64,000 nt of DNA from Bdellovibrionales bacterium (GTDB lineage Bacteria; Bdellovibrionota; Bdellovibrionia; Bdellovibrionales; UBA1609). Below the pieces are notes generated by a model, which was given only the letters and a program-made list of their open reading frames with translations, was not told where the DNA came from and did not search any database. Location: positions 1,216,001-1,280,000 of the forward strand of contig OZ241329.1 of NCBI GenBank assembly GCA_965199825.1, read 5' to 3'. Shown piece by piece: positions 10,041 through 20,308 of this stretch. Each line of letters opens with the position of its first letter. The first letter of the stretch is position 1. The position numbers were made by a program, and so were the translations under genes.

Positions 10041-11408
10041 ATGAAATCCCCAAAAATAATTGTGGCTGGCGCAAGTGGATATATCGGTCGAGCCTTGTTG
10101 CCAAAGCTTCTCGAAAAATTTCCTGATGCCCAGATCACCGCACTTTCTCGCAGTAAACAAAAATCAGATGATCCTCGCATCCAATGGAAGCCCTGCGACT
10201 TATTTTCTATTCATAGCATCGAAGAGGCTTTGCCCGAAAAAGCCGATCTGGCATTTTATTTTGTGCATTCGATGGGTCCGACCGCGCAGTTGGATCAAGG
10301 ATCATTCGCAGATTATGATTTAATCCTAGCCGATAATTTTGCCCGCGCTTTAATTGGGTTACAGATTAAGCATGTGATTTACTTGGGCGGACTCATTCCT
10401 GATAGCGACTCTTTGTCGCTGCATTTAAAAAGTCGTTTGGAAGTTGAAAAAACTTTTGCAAGCTACGAACTGCCTCTCACCGTATTTCGAGCCGCCTTGA
10501 TTTTGGGTGAAGACGGATCGTCGTTTCAAATTTTACTAAAACTTGCAAAACGGTTACCCATCATGGTGTGCCCGAGATGGACAAGACATTTCACAACACC
10601 CATTGATGTGGGAAGCGTGATCTTTGCTATTACCACTTCTGCTCTTGATCCTTCACATTTAGGAAAGGTTTATGATCTCGCCGGGTGTGAGCCTTTGACC
10701 TATATCGAGATGATGCGCCAAACCGCACTGAGGCTAAATAAAAAACGTTGGCTAATTACAGTGCCGTTGGTGTCGCCAAATATTTCGGCGTTGTGGGTGA
10801 GCGTGATTACCAACACCTCTCTCAATTTGGTTTACCCGCTTGTTCAATCTTTGCAGCACGATATGATCGCCAGAAAAAACCATTTGTTCAATCCTGAGTG
10901 GAGTAAACAATCTTACTCTGACCTGTTGGACAAGGCCTCACTCAAAACTCATTCGGGCCCGGCGTTTTTTCAATTTCGGGCCCAAAGAAAAACGGTGCGA
11001 TCGGTGCAGCGTTTACCCTTACCAAAAGGGCGCGATGCCGAGTGGATCAAGGATCAATATTTAAGATGGCTACCGAAATATTTGGCTCCATTTGTACGAG
11101 TGCGATTTGCCGCCGATCAAATTTTGTTCTCACTTTTTACCAAAAAACCGGTGTTGCTCGATTTAAAATATAATCGTTCACGCAGCAGTTCAGAACTCCA
11201 ATTGTTTAATATTGAAAAAGGACTCTTAGTCGCCAAGCACAATCAAGGACGACTCGAATTTCGAGTGGTTCTCAATCGACAGTATGTGATTGCTGCAATC
11301 CATGGATTTAGCCCTTCGTTGCCGTGGTACATTTACCGCAGAACTCAGGCCACGCTGCATCTTTGGGTGATGCGAGCGTTTAGTCGATATTTGCTAAGAT
11401 CTAAATAG
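10041..11408 (+). CDS. YbjT-like atypical SDR / NAD(P)H-binding oxidoreductase
   Basis: GASGYIG Rossmann motif, YFVHSM, IYLGG, SLHLKSRLEVE, FRAALILG. Confidence 0.8.
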   Translation: MKSPKIIVAGASGYIGRALLPKLLEKFPDAQITALSRSKQKSDDPRIQWKPCDLFSIHSIEEALPEKADLAFYFVHSMGPTAQLDQGSFADYDLILADNFARALIGLQIKHVIYLGGLIPDSDSLSLHLKSRLEVEKTFASYELPLTVFRAALILGEDGSSFQILLKLAKRLPIMVCPRWTRHFTTPIDVGSVIFAITTSALDPSHLGKVYDLAGCEPLTYIEMMRQTALRLNKKRWLITVPLVSPNISALWVSVITNTSLNLVYPLVQSLQHDMIARKNHLFNPEWSKQSYSDLLDKASLKTHSGPAFFQFRAQRKTVRSVQRLPLPKGRDAEWIKDQYLRWLPKYLAPFVRVRFAADQILFSLFTKKPVLLDLKYNRSRSSSELQLFNIEKGLLVAKHNQGRLEFRVVLNRQYVIAAIHGFSPSLPWYIYRRTQATLHLWVMRAFSRYLLRSK

Positions 11409-12972
11409 ATTTTTTAAGATCATTTTCGCGGCATTCTGCGCGCAGTTTGCTATGGCGCGTGCTGTAGGTAAAATAAATCAAAAATCCAACAAGCAGCCAC
11501 ACAAACAATCGGATCCAAGTGTCCAGTGGCAGACCACTCATTACCCAAAGACAAGACACCGCACCAGCGGGTGCAACAAACCAATAAACGGGACAACGAA
11601 ATGGCCGCTCAATATTGGGTTGAGTTCGACGAAGGATTGGAATTCCTGCGCACACCAAAACAAACGCCAACAAAGTTCCGATCGAAACAAGCTCGCCCAC
11701 CAAACTCATCGGCATTGTTCCGGCACAAAGTGCGACAAAGATGCCTGTGACAACCGTGGCAATGTGAGGGGTTCCATATTTTTTATGAACCCGACCAAAT
11801 GCGGGAAGTAACCCATCTTTAGCCATGGCATAAAGCACACGGGTTTGACCCATCATCAAAACCAAAATCACCGAGGTGAGGCCTGCGAGTGCGCCCACTT
11901 TTACGAGTAATGTAAAAACGGTTTGTGCAGCAGGCGTCCAACCATGGAGCGCCACAATGCGATCCACACCAACCGCCATCGGATCGGGCACGCCGAGCTC
12001 TTTATAGGGAACAACTCCGGTTAAAACCAATGCGGTTAAAATATAAAAGCCAGTGCAAATAATAAGTGAAGTTAAAATTCCGATGGGAAGATCGCGCGTG
12101 GGATTTTTTGCTTCTTGCGCAGTCGTCGAAACCGCATCAAATCCGATGTAAGAAAAAAACACCACGCCTGCGCCGGTCAAAACGCCGGGCCAACCAAAAC
12201 TTAAAAAATCATCACCGTTACGTGAGGACATTCCGGGAGGCGGGACTAAGCTCGCAAGACCTGAGACCGCATGATTGGCCCACCAATTATTGGGATCAAT
12301 CACACTCCAGCCCAATACAATAACCGAAACAATGATGGCCACTTTTACCATCACAATAAAATTATTGAAGGTGGCGCTCTCTTTCATTCCGCGAAATAAA
12401 ACCGCGGTTAAAATCAGTGAGATCGCCATTGCTGGAACATTTAAAAGACCACTCACTTCGGCGCCGTTATGAAGTGTGACCGTTTCAAATGGCCCCTTCA
12501 TAAAACGCAAAAATTGATCCGAAAACTCAAAGCCCAAAGTTTTATGCAAGAGAGAATAAAAATATCCCGACCATGAGACCGCAACTGTCACCGAACCAAA
12601 TGCATACTCAAGGACAAGATCCCAACCAATAATCCAGGCCACAAGTTCACCCATGGTGGCATAAGAATAAGAATAGGCCGATCCTGCGACTGGGACCATC
12701 GCCGACATTTCGGCATAGCAAAGGCCCGCAAATGAGCAAAGGACTCCGCCGATCATAAAACTGTAAACGATCCCAGGACCTGCGTAGAAAGCCGCAGCGG
12801 TTCCGGTGAGCGAAAAAATTCCTGCGCCGATGATTGCGCCAATTCCAAGTGAGGTGATGTTTAATGCACTTAAAGTGCGCTTCAGATTTTTTTGGCCATG
12901 TTCAGCCACATTCGGATCTCCAGCGTCATCGATTAAACGCTGCAAATCCTTTTTCATTAGGAGGTGTTTCAT
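11401..12972 (-). CDS. APC family amino acid permease
   Basis: GIGAIIGAGIF, CYAEM...AGSAYSY, FFSYIGFDAVST, multiple TM segments. Confidence 0.92.
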   Translation of the reverse strand: MKHLLMKKDLQRLIDDAGDPNVAEHGQKNLKRTLSALNITSLGIGAIIGAGIFSLTGTAAAFYAGPGIVYSFMIGGVLCSFAGLCYAEMSAMVPVAGSAYSYSYATMGELVAWIIGWDLVLEYAFGSVTVAVSWSGYFYSLLHKTLGFEFSDQFLRFMKGPFETVTLHNGAEVSGLLNVPAMAISLILTAVLFRGMKESATFNNFIVMVKVAIIVSVIVLGWSVIDPNNWWANHAVSGLASLVPPPGMSSRNGDDFLSFGWPGVLTGAGVVFFSYIGFDAVSTTAQEAKNPTRDLPIGILTSLIICTGFYILTALVLTGVVPYKELGVPDPMAVGVDRIVALHGWTPAAQTVFTLLVKVGALAGLTSVILVLMMGQTRVLYAMAKDGLLPAFGRVHKKYGTPHIATVVTGIFVALCAGTMPMSLVGELVSIGTLLAFVLVCAGIPILRRTQPNIERPFRCPVYWFVAPAGAVSCLWVMSGLPLDTWIRLFVWLLVGFLIYFTYSTRHSKLRAECRENDLKKSI

Positions 12973-13106
12973 CCAATATTGTCTCCTCAGGGATTTCGCC
13001 AGGATTACAGGAACCCGTTCGCTTTATCAAGATGTACCTAAATCGAACTAAAAAACCATTTTTTGGTTTTTACTGCCGAAAGAGTTTGTGCAATGTTGAT
13101 CTCAAA

Positions 13107-13751
13107 ATGAATGCAACAACTCATGACCTCATCCATTTGGTCACAAAACCCGAAATGTATCGAGATGCGCAGTGGGAAAATGATTTTTTAAAAACATTTT
13201 CCCACTGCTCTTTGACCGTTGAACATGATGAACCTCGACCGGGTCCCGACAAATGGCCCTACCTTTTTGTGCGAACAAATAAATCTGCTACTGAAAGTGC
13301 TTCTCAAATCCTAAATTGGCTTTCAGAGCGTGGAATAGGTCTGGTGGTGAACGCCCACAAAGAAATTCCCGATTATGTTTTTACCTACGGAATGGTTTGG
13401 AATTTTCGCGAACGGGGTGAGTTCATCACTCCGCAAGAGTCAGTGCCTGAAGTAGAAATCAATTTTCAAAAAAGCGTTTGGACCATGCCACCTTCAACCG
13501 CTATTTTACCAAACTACGTGCGACACGTTTTGCTCGATTTTTTTAATCGCCAAAACATTACGGCGCCGCGTGTGAATATGATCAGTCAGGACCAAAAGCA
13601 TTTTGATCTTTGTTTTTCGATTGAGTCTTTAGGATCGCCTCCCGAAAGTGAGCATCGAAATGTGGCTGAGGCGATCTCTTGGTTTTTGCCCTCGCACTAT
13701 TCGATTGGGCTAGTGAGTGAGAAAGCAATTCCTAATTTTATGGCGCTATAA
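13107..13751 (+). CDS. Conserved hypothetical protein
   Basis: [25 protein letters not shown] motifs; ATG 13107 chosen to avoid overlap with the permease. Confidence 0.6.
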   Translation: MNATTHDLIHLVTKPEMYRDAQWENDFLKTFSHCSLTVEHDEPRPGPDKWPYLFVRTNKSATESASQILNWLSERGIGLVVNAHKEIPDYVFTYGMVWNFRERGEFITPQESVPEVEINFQKSVWTMPPSTAILPNYVRHVLLDFFNRQNITAPRVNMISQDQKHFDLCFSIESLGSPPESEHRNVAEAISWFLPSHYSIGLVSEKAIPNFMAL

Positions 13752-13867
13752 CTTCAGTTCTTATTACGCAGATGCTTTGTCTTCAAGCCAAACACATTCC
13801 TGACTTTTAAAAATACAGCGTCTCATCATACCGTATATAAATAGTTTATTTTCCGGGGGGAAAATTA

Positions 13868-14968
13868 ATGGCAAAGTGGCTCTTTGCTTTTGCTCTCTTA
13901 CATTCTGTGAGTCCTGCTTTTGCAGATCGAGATCCAAGGCAAGTGTCTGTATTCGTCAGCGATTTTGATGGAACATTCGCCAGAAATCTTGCCAATGTGA
14001 AAGTAAAACTCGGGCTTTTTCCCGGCATACCTGGTCTTGGTGTTTATTCAGGCTTACCAAAAATTGTTTATGTGCCCGAACATGACTTTGACGGCAACAC
14101 AGGCGCTCGGATTCGCGACCTGCTTGGTCGCTACAATGGATTAAAATTTATTATCAAAGCCTCAGTCGATGAGATCGAACTGCAAAACGGAAGCACAATA
14201 AGGCCCGGTTATTATTACGTTGATCCAAACGATATGTTTGAAGAATTTTTTTCGACCGAAAATGGTGAGGATGGTCATCTTATCAACAATATCCGGATGA
14301 TGATCACAGGGGGTAAACGGTTTTTGTTGGAAGGATCAGCTTTCGTTGGATCAACATTTTCACAGCAACAATCTGAACTTTTAAAGTTGGTGATTCTTAC
14401 GAAGCGCGGCCATTCGTCGCAAGAAATGCGATATGCCCTAAATTTTCTGAGCAAATATTATGGTTGGGGTGAGGTCGACCATTCCGATTCTTCATATGTT
14501 AATCTCAGTCATCCTGACTTTGCCGAATTTTCGATGAACAAGGAAGTTTATCTACAAGCCCTCTACGACGAGCTTTCACAACGCACCATTAGAAACAAAT
14601 CGACTCCGCATTTTTTGGTTTATTTTGAAAATGATCGCAGTGCGATTTTTGAAGCCCAAAAAAAACTTAAAAATTTGGGTCAGCGGGGATTGTATGCCAA
14701 TCCTGTGGTTCCGGTTTTGATCAACTTGGTTGAACCTGAGGTTTTTAATTCGCCTCATGGTTTGGACTGGGACCGCAGCCGACTACAAACATTCGAGCCG
14801 ATGTGGAGGGTCAACATTTATTGGCCTGAGCGAACAGAGACAACAAATAATCTTGCCAGAGTTTTTGAACTCACTCTGAATTTGTCACCAAAAAAAGCAA
14901 AAGCACACTACCGCGAATATGAAAATACCTCTTGGTGCTGCAACATTTTAGCCAAGGCAAAAAAATGA
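13868..14968 (+). CDS. Secreted HAD-superfamily-like phosphatase
   Basis: Signal peptide ending PAFA; motif I VSDFDGT, motif II LTKRGH, motif IV YFEND; C-terminal CCNIL. Confidence 0.55.
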   Translation: MAKWLFAFALLHSVSPAFADRDPRQVSVFVSDFDGTFARNLANVKVKLGLFPGIPGLGVYSGLPKIVYVPEHDFDGNTGARIRDLLGRYNGLKFIIKASVDEIELQNGSTIRPGYYYVDPNDMFEEFFSTENGEDGHLINNIRMMITGGKRFLLEGSAFVGSTFSQQQSELLKLVILTKRGHSSQEMRYALNFLSKYYGWGEVDHSDSSYVNLSHPDFAEFSMNKEVYLQALYDELSQRTIRNKSTPHFLVYFENDRSAIFEAQKKLKNLGQRGLYANPVVPVLINLVEPEVFNSPHGLDWDRSRLQTFEPMWRVNIYWPERTETTNNLARVFELTLNLSPKKAKAHYREYENTSWCCNILAKAKK

Positions 14969-16941
14969 TCTTAAGTCTTTTGTTTCTGATTTTCCAAGCG
15001 CAAGCATTACCCACTGACGTTTGCGAACGGGGTCTTGCTCCTAAGATAAGCTCTAAATTATTATTTAAAGTTTTTAAAAATTTAGTCAGCCAAAGAAGAG
15101 AAATTCCCGAATCTTCCCAAGTGGTACTCACAACTTTTGCTCTCGAATTTGGAATGTCGGTAGAAGATGTCGAAAAAAATATTATAGAGAGCTTTGGCGA
15201 TTTTAATTTATTTATCGAGCTCGCCAAATCGGCAAATGCAAATTTTCCGGGAGCAATAGATAGACGAATCTTTACCGAAGATCGAAGAGAAAAACTTTTG
15301 CGTGCAGTTCGCAATTCCTCTGATCTGATCCTTTTTAAATTGGCTGAAAATCAAGATGTCACAAATTGGGAAGAGATTTTTAATTTGAGCGATACACTCA
15401 AAGCCCCCATCATTGTTGCACCCGCATTTTCAGAAATTGGTTTAATCCCCCAAAGGCTGCAAGCCATATTAAATAATCCCCGTGTTCATTTGCTTGTTGA
15501 TCCCACGTTGCAGATTTCAAAAGATTTTTATGTGGTCAACAATGGATCGCCCGATAAAGTGCAAACCCCTTTGACAGGACTCGATGAGGTTTTTGAGCCA
15601 ACAGATCGGGTGCTTTTGTTTCATCCCCGAATCGACACCCAGACCCGTGCCTCGCTCTACTACGATTCGCGCAGAGGATATTTGGAGACAACAGGATCCA
15701 TGAGCTCACCTGCTTATCACTCCATGTTTAATGTTGGGATGACGACTGATTATCGAGCCCAAAGAACTGCCGAGCAAAATAGAAGTCTCACAATTCTATC
15801 TCGAAGATATCAAAACAAAAAGCTGTCTGAAATTTCGGGTTCGGCCCATGGCATGATGGCGCGACGAGTTCATGTGGTCAAAAGTCACTGGGGAAATCCT
15901 GCTGGATTGTTTGATCTCAACAAAATTTATTTTGATCAAGGAGCGGTTGAAATTAAATATCTTCCAGGTATTGTTCTTGGTGATCTGCACTGGGGTGTAA
16001 CCGACCCCGCAAAATTAACCGCATTTTTTAAATTGCTCATCGAGCTCAAAGTGCTCGCAAAAAATCTTAAACACGGCCAGCCTGGACAGCTTGAATACAT
16101 TGCGGGTCCAATTGTCTTGGGACGGCTCGTGCTTCATGACTTGGTTGATGGAATTCCTTTTAATCATCACCTCAAAGATAAATTAATCAGCCGATCGCTG
16201 TTGGATCAAAAAGGCTATTTGGATATTGAAAATCATTTTATTTCGGCCGCCGCATTTGTGACACAACTCAGTCGTCTTTTGCCTAAAACTCAAATCGTGG
16301 TGCCGGTGGACAATCATGGATATGACTGGATCCAATCCACACTCCAATCTGGCATCTTGGACTGCCAGCCCCGTGATTTACCAATTGTCTTAAAATTAAT
16401 GTTAGATGCATCAAAAGGCACCAATCCCTATGAACAGCTTTTGCGATATTATGGAATCGAATCAAATCCTAAGCGTTTTCTATTTTTTAATAATGATGAT
16501 CAAAACCGTATTGCGATCGACGGCACCGAAAACGATTCGACACTGAACGGTGTCGAAATTAGCAAACACGGCAATCAAGGTATCAATGGGGCTAAATCGA
16601 TTTCGATCAAGTCGATGCTTGCGGCCTATGGTGCCAGTGTGAGCGGACATGTTCATACCACAAGTGAGCGAGGCCGCTCCCGTCAAGTGGGCTCGTTGAC
16701 TCCCAATCGTCAGGATTATCACCGCGGTCCCTCAAAAAATGATACGTCTCTTGCACTGATCTACTCCAAAGAGGCGGTGCAAACTTTGAGATTAGAGCGA
16801 AATTCATTTTTGCCTAACGCCAAAGTTCAAGACCCGGATGATTTTTTTGATGAAGGATTTCCAAAATTAACCAAGTGGCCTGAGGGGAAAACCACAGACC
16901 AGTTCCGAACGCATCCTCCGATTCAAAGATTTCCACGATGA
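14965..16941 (+). CDS. Secreted calcineurin-like metallophosphoesterase resembling phage T5 A1-type proteins
   Basis: Signal peptide MILSLLFLIFQAQA; motifs GDLHWG, HDLVDG..FNHH, DNHG, HGNQGINGA, GHVHT, QVG..Y..GPS; ATGA overlap with the upstream gene. Confidence 0.65.
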   Translation: MILSLLFLIFQAQALPTDVCERGLAPKISSKLLFKVFKNLVSQRREIPESSQVVLTTFALEFGMSVEDVEKNIIESFGDFNLFIELAKSANANFPGAIDRRIFTEDRREKLLRAVRNSSDLILFKLAENQDVTNWEEIFNLSDTLKAPIIVAPAFSEIGLIPQRLQAILNNPRVHLLVDPTLQISKDFYVVNNGSPDKVQTPLTGLDEVFEPTDRVLLFHPRIDTQTRASLYYDSRRGYLETTGSMSSPAYHSMFNVGMTTDYRAQRTAEQNRSLTILSRRYQNKKLSEISGSAHGMMARRVHVVKSHWGNPAGLFDLNKIYFDQGAVEIKYLPGIVLGDLHWGVTDPAKLTAFFKLLIELKVLAKNLKHGQPGQLEYIAGPIVLGRLVLHDLVDGIPFNHHLKDKLISRSLLDQKGYLDIENHFISAAAFVTQLSRLLPKTQIVVPVDNHGYDWIQSTLQSGILDCQPRDLPIVLKLMLDASKGTNPYEQLLRYYGIESNPKRFLFFNNDDQNRIAIDGTENDSTLNGVEISKHGNQGINGAKSISIKSMLAAYGASVSGHVHTTSERGRSRQVGSLTPNRQDYHRGPSKNDTSLALIYSKEAVQTLRLERNSFLPNAKVQDPDDFFDEGFPKLTKWPEGKTTDQFRTHPPIQRFPR

Positions 16942-16977
16942 CTTGTTTTGTTTAGCCTCTGTTGTTAAGCGATTGGG

Positions 16978-18060
16978 ATGCGCATATTTATAATTCTGGT
17001 TTTATTTAGTTTATCCGGTCGAATCAGCTTTGCCGAAGTGACGGCCCGGATCATTTCCGCCAACTCCGACAACAAAACGATGTTCGATCGAATCGAGTAT
17101 TTTATTGTGGTCCAAGATGGCAAAGCGATTTTAAGCAAAGTGCCTTTGCTCAATCTTAAGGGCCAACAGGTTTTTCGAAGTCTGCTTTACGGTACCGAAA
17201 CTCAAAATAAATTTGTGACCGCAATTTATGGGGATGGGCTGAGCTACGGAAACTATTTTGTATTTCCGGTGCGAATGATTAAGGGCGATGTCCAATCAAG
17301 CACATATTATTTGTTTAGTAAATCTGGCCGGTGGCTTGGCGAAATTGTGAGTCGTTTCGATATTAGTAATGATGCCCTTTTGCTAAAAGAGGCAAGTGCG
17401 ACCGGCTCAAAAAAATTGAGTTTTGTTACCAAAAATTCGGGTGAGTTGCCAATAACTCTGGTGAGCTATACTGGAAATCCTATAAAACTCCAAAAAGACG
17501 AATTGACCCATCCCTTACTTACTCCAGTGAGACTTAAAAATGGTTGGATTATTTTTAAGCTCAAAAAGAAAGTGTTTCTTGCGAATCCTGATGGTTCTGT
17601 GATTCGAAAATTGGTGGCTTCGTCAGACGTCCGAAGTCTTCATGACCTTATTGCTGAGCACGCGGATGGCACACAATCTTTTTTTGTTAAGCTTCATAAG
17701 TCTTCGGAGTTTTATTTTACGACCACAAAGCCTTCGGGCTTTGATATGAATCTAGGCCTGTTCGAAGAAAAATTTGTTGGTTCGAAGATTTTGCTTTTTG
17801 CTCAAACCCAATTTGATTACTTGATTGCCGTCTTACAGGGCCAAGAAAAACAGTCATCGAAAGTTGTCACTTTTGATCATGAAGGAAAAGTGATTGATAC
17901 TAAAGCCATTGAGTTTAATATTTCTCAGGCGAAATTTATTAATAATGTGATTTATGTGAATGAGAGTAATGCTTGCGCCGCTTGGCTCTCAAAATCCAAT
18001 GTGGCGTCTGAAAGATTTTTGCTCGATTCACTTGGCAATATTCACAAAATTTATAATTAG
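16978..18060 (+). CDS. Secreted beta-rich hypothetical protein
   Basis: Signal peptide ending ISFA; repeated short beta-strand-like segments; CAAWL near the C-terminus. Confidence 0.55.
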   Translation: MRIFIILVLFSLSGRISFAEVTARIISANSDNKTMFDRIEYFIVVQDGKAILSKVPLLNLKGQQVFRSLLYGTETQNKFVTAIYGDGLSYGNYFVFPVRMIKGDVQSSTYYLFSKSGRWLGEIVSRFDISNDALLLKEASATGSKKLSFVTKNSGELPITLVSYTGNPIKLQKDELTHPLLTPVRLKNGWIIFKLKKKVFLANPDGSVIRKLVASSDVRSLHDLIAEHADGTQSFFVKLHKSSEFYFTTTKPSGFDMNLGLFEEKFVGSKILLFAQTQFDYLIAVLQGQEKQSSKVVTFDHEGKVIDTKAIEFNISQAKFINNVIYVNESNACAAWLSKSNVASERFLLDSLGNIHKIYN

Positions 18061-18440
18061 TCCATTTCACCGGGAGCGGGCAAAAGATCGACGAGGCACT
18101 CTCTCCAATACTCAGGCACTTCGCTTGAGAATTCGACCGCAACCTCAAAAATGCCTTTACCGCGGTGGGCGGTGCGGCTGACGCGGCCATCAAGATCCAG
18201 ATTCATATTGGGTAAAAACATCACGACCTGTTGATTGACCAAAGCATCTAAACTTAAAGAGCTTTTGAGATCTTTAGGCACGAGGCTGTGGCGATCAATC
18301 AAGAGGCAAAAACCGGTGCTTGATGCATCGATTATGATACCTTCGTGCGCGATCACAGCGTAGTTCGATAAAGAGGTAAACTCGGTGACCGAGATTTTTT
18401 GGAGCGATTTGCGAGTGGCGGTGCGTGCATTTGCTTTCAT
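18057..18440 (-). CDS. PilZ-like domain protein
   Basis: RTATRK plus DASSTG, matching the RxxxR and DxSxxG signatures; VAVEF beta-strand. Confidence 0.55.
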   Translation of the reverse strand: MKANARTATRKSLQKISVTEFTSLSNYAVIAHEGIIIDASSTGFCLLIDRHSLVPKDLKSSLSLDALVNQQVVMFLPNMNLDLDGRVSRTAHRGKGIFEVAVEFSSEVPEYWRECLVDLLPAPGEMD

Positions 18441-18446
18441 ACCTAC

Positions 18447-18473
18447 CTATCGGACGACCTAGCCTTTAGTTAA
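18447..18473 (-). promoter_or_regulatory. Possible sigma-28 (FliA)-type promoter upstream of the PilZ-like gene
   Basis: Minus strand TTAA-N15-TCCGATAG resembles TAAA-N15-GCCGATAA. Confidence 0.3.
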
Positions 18474-18916
18474 AGAGGGGTCTGATAGATTCCCAAAATA
18501 AGATTGTCTTGCACTTCAACGTAGCCAAGGCCCACAAAATTTTTAATTTCAAAATAAAATTTGTTTTGAGAATTTGTCCACCGAACCACCTCAATCTGAC
18601 TGATGACCTTGAGATTTTGTTGTCGAGCGACCGCTTTAAACGCACTTTCTTTGGCAACCCATAAAGCTTCAAAAAAAGGAGCTAAGTCCATCTCCGAGGG
18701 ACTGCTGATACGAGCCACTAGCGGCCGATGGATTCGCTCAATGGATTCGAGATCTAATCCCACTGCAGAATTTGCGATAATAAAGCCACTGGCAATCGGG
18801 CAATGGGAGACAGAAAAATAAGATCCATCTTTTAAAGATGATTTCAAGCGCTGATGCAGTTTCGCGCGCGCGGTGGGATCGGTTGATTTCAAATCCCTAA
18901 AGATTTGTAGATCCAT
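18470..18916 (-). CDS. 4'-phosphopantetheinyl transferase superfamily protein
   Basis: FSVSHC, VGLDLE, WVAKESAFKA. Confidence 0.85.
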   Translation of the reverse strand: MDLQIFRDLKSTDPTARAKLHQRLKSSLKDGSYFSVSHCPIASGFIIANSAVGLDLESIERIHRPLVARISSPSEMDLAPFFEALWVAKESAFKAVARQQNLKVISQIEVVRWTNSQNKFYFEIKNFVGLGYVEVQDNLILGIYQTPL

Positions 18917-18925
18917 GGTTCCACC

Positions 18926-20281
18926 TTAACGGTCTCTTTCTAAAGCTTTATAACTTTCGGTGTCCTGCACCGGCATATGAGTAAGAGACGATTCAAAATG
19001 CGCGAAGCCCGTAATCAATTTTTTAGATGGCACTGTCATCTTTAAATCTGCAACTTGATCTAGAGCTAAGACAAGACGCTTAAAAAGCTCGGCGTGAGCG
19101 GTTGTCATCCTCAAGAAGGTAAATTCCTGATCCGCAAAGGTGGAGGTCACAAAATCTTTTTCGCCATCTTTCAAACCTTTAATAATGTTGCGGCCGTTCG
19201 GATCGAATGACTGAGGAACATCGAGGATTAAATTGAATGTTTCGACATAGTAAAGTTGAAGCATTCTAAAAATTAATTCGAGGACCTCGGCAGGTTTCTT
19301 ATTTGTAAAAGCAAAAACGTAGTCGGTTTCAGAAAATTGCAACAACTGAATCGGGCCTTGGTTTTGAAATTCAAAAACCTTGGGTCTATGGTTACTGGCA
19401 AAAAATGGTGGTCGTAGCGCATAAAACCAATAGGGAACCGTGACGTTTGGCGAATTTCGAAAAACCACTCTGTACCTATGTGCAACGTCTCGACGTATTT
19501 TATTTTGTTGGTCTGTTAAGGATTTGTACCAATGCGTGACCTCGGCCGATCGGGTGTCAACATCGCGAGCGAGATAGCGCACAATACCTGGCCAGCTTTC
19601 CATCATATCTGCAACTCTGCGAATGCGTGGAAAATCCCATTCCCATTTATCAAAGGCCCACTCTGTTCCTGGAAAAGGAATAAACGCATGCATCGCACGG
19701 AGCCTAATTTGGGTTGTAGTGGCTAGTGCGAAAACATATCCGATTTCGGCATGATCTTTCTGACTCGGATCGATTTCATAGAAGCCGGACTCGAAATAGG
19801 GCTGCAGCGTAAAATAATCTTTCAACAAAATACTTTTAACATCGACCAAACCCGAGACCGCTGCCGTCGCCTCGACACAACAGTATTGATGAATGGTAGG
19901 ACCAGACTCATAAAGCTCAAAAATTTTCGACGCAAAAGAAACTCCACGAGCCACATCAATCCAAACATTTTTTTTGTTGGCCATCTGAAGAGATTCAATT
20001 TTGAGTTGCTCGGCGTCGTCGCTACCGACTCGAAGCTTTTCAACATCAGTCACACGCGGCCAATCACCAGCTTGCGCGGGGTCGACTGAAAATAAAATTT
20101 GTTTATCTAGGTAGTTTATAAACGCGGCGTCTGGATTGGGTAATAAAGTGACGGGGCGGGTGGCCTTGTAAAGCAGCGGGGCGCATACGTCAATTGTGTT
20201 GCTCATCACCATTGCTTGGAAGTTTGTATCAAAATAAGGTTGAGCAAATGCGCTACTAAGGAAAAATAAAAGCTGAAGCAT
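18926..20281 (-). CDS. Secreted hypothetical protein with N-proximal VCAPLL tag
   Basis: Signal peptide MLQLLFFLSSAFA; 451-aa ORF; no domain recognised. Confidence 0.55.
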   Translation of the reverse strand: MLQLLFFLSSAFAQPYFDTNFQAMVMSNTIDVCAPLLYKATRPVTLLPNPDAAFINYLDKQILFSVDPAQAGDWPRVTDVEKLRVGSDDAEQLKIESLQMANKKNVWIDVARGVSFASKIFELYESGPTIHQYCCVEATAAVSGLVDVKSILLKDYFTLQPYFESGFYEIDPSQKDHAEIGYVFALATTTQIRLRAMHAFIPFPGTEWAFDKWEWDFPRIRRVADMMESWPGIVRYLARDVDTRSAEVTHWYKSLTDQQNKIRRDVAHRYRVVFRNSPNVTVPYWFYALRPPFFASNHRPKVFEFQNQGPIQLLQFSETDYVFAFTNKKPAEVLELIFRMLQLYYVETFNLILDVPQSFDPNGRNIIKGLKDGEKDFVTSTFADQEFTFLRMTTAHAELFKRLVLALDQVADLKMTVPSKKLITGFAHFESSLTHMPVQDTESYKALERDR

Positions 20282-20308
20282 GATTGAGCCAGAAGCAATA
20301 AGCGGACC

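Noticed and set aside
12864..13106. Long N-terminal extension of the 13107 ORF
   Set aside because: It overlaps the divergent permease gene and does not look protein-like.
13868..18060. Prophage
   Set aside because: No integrase, terminase, capsid or tail genes, and all three proteins have signal peptides.
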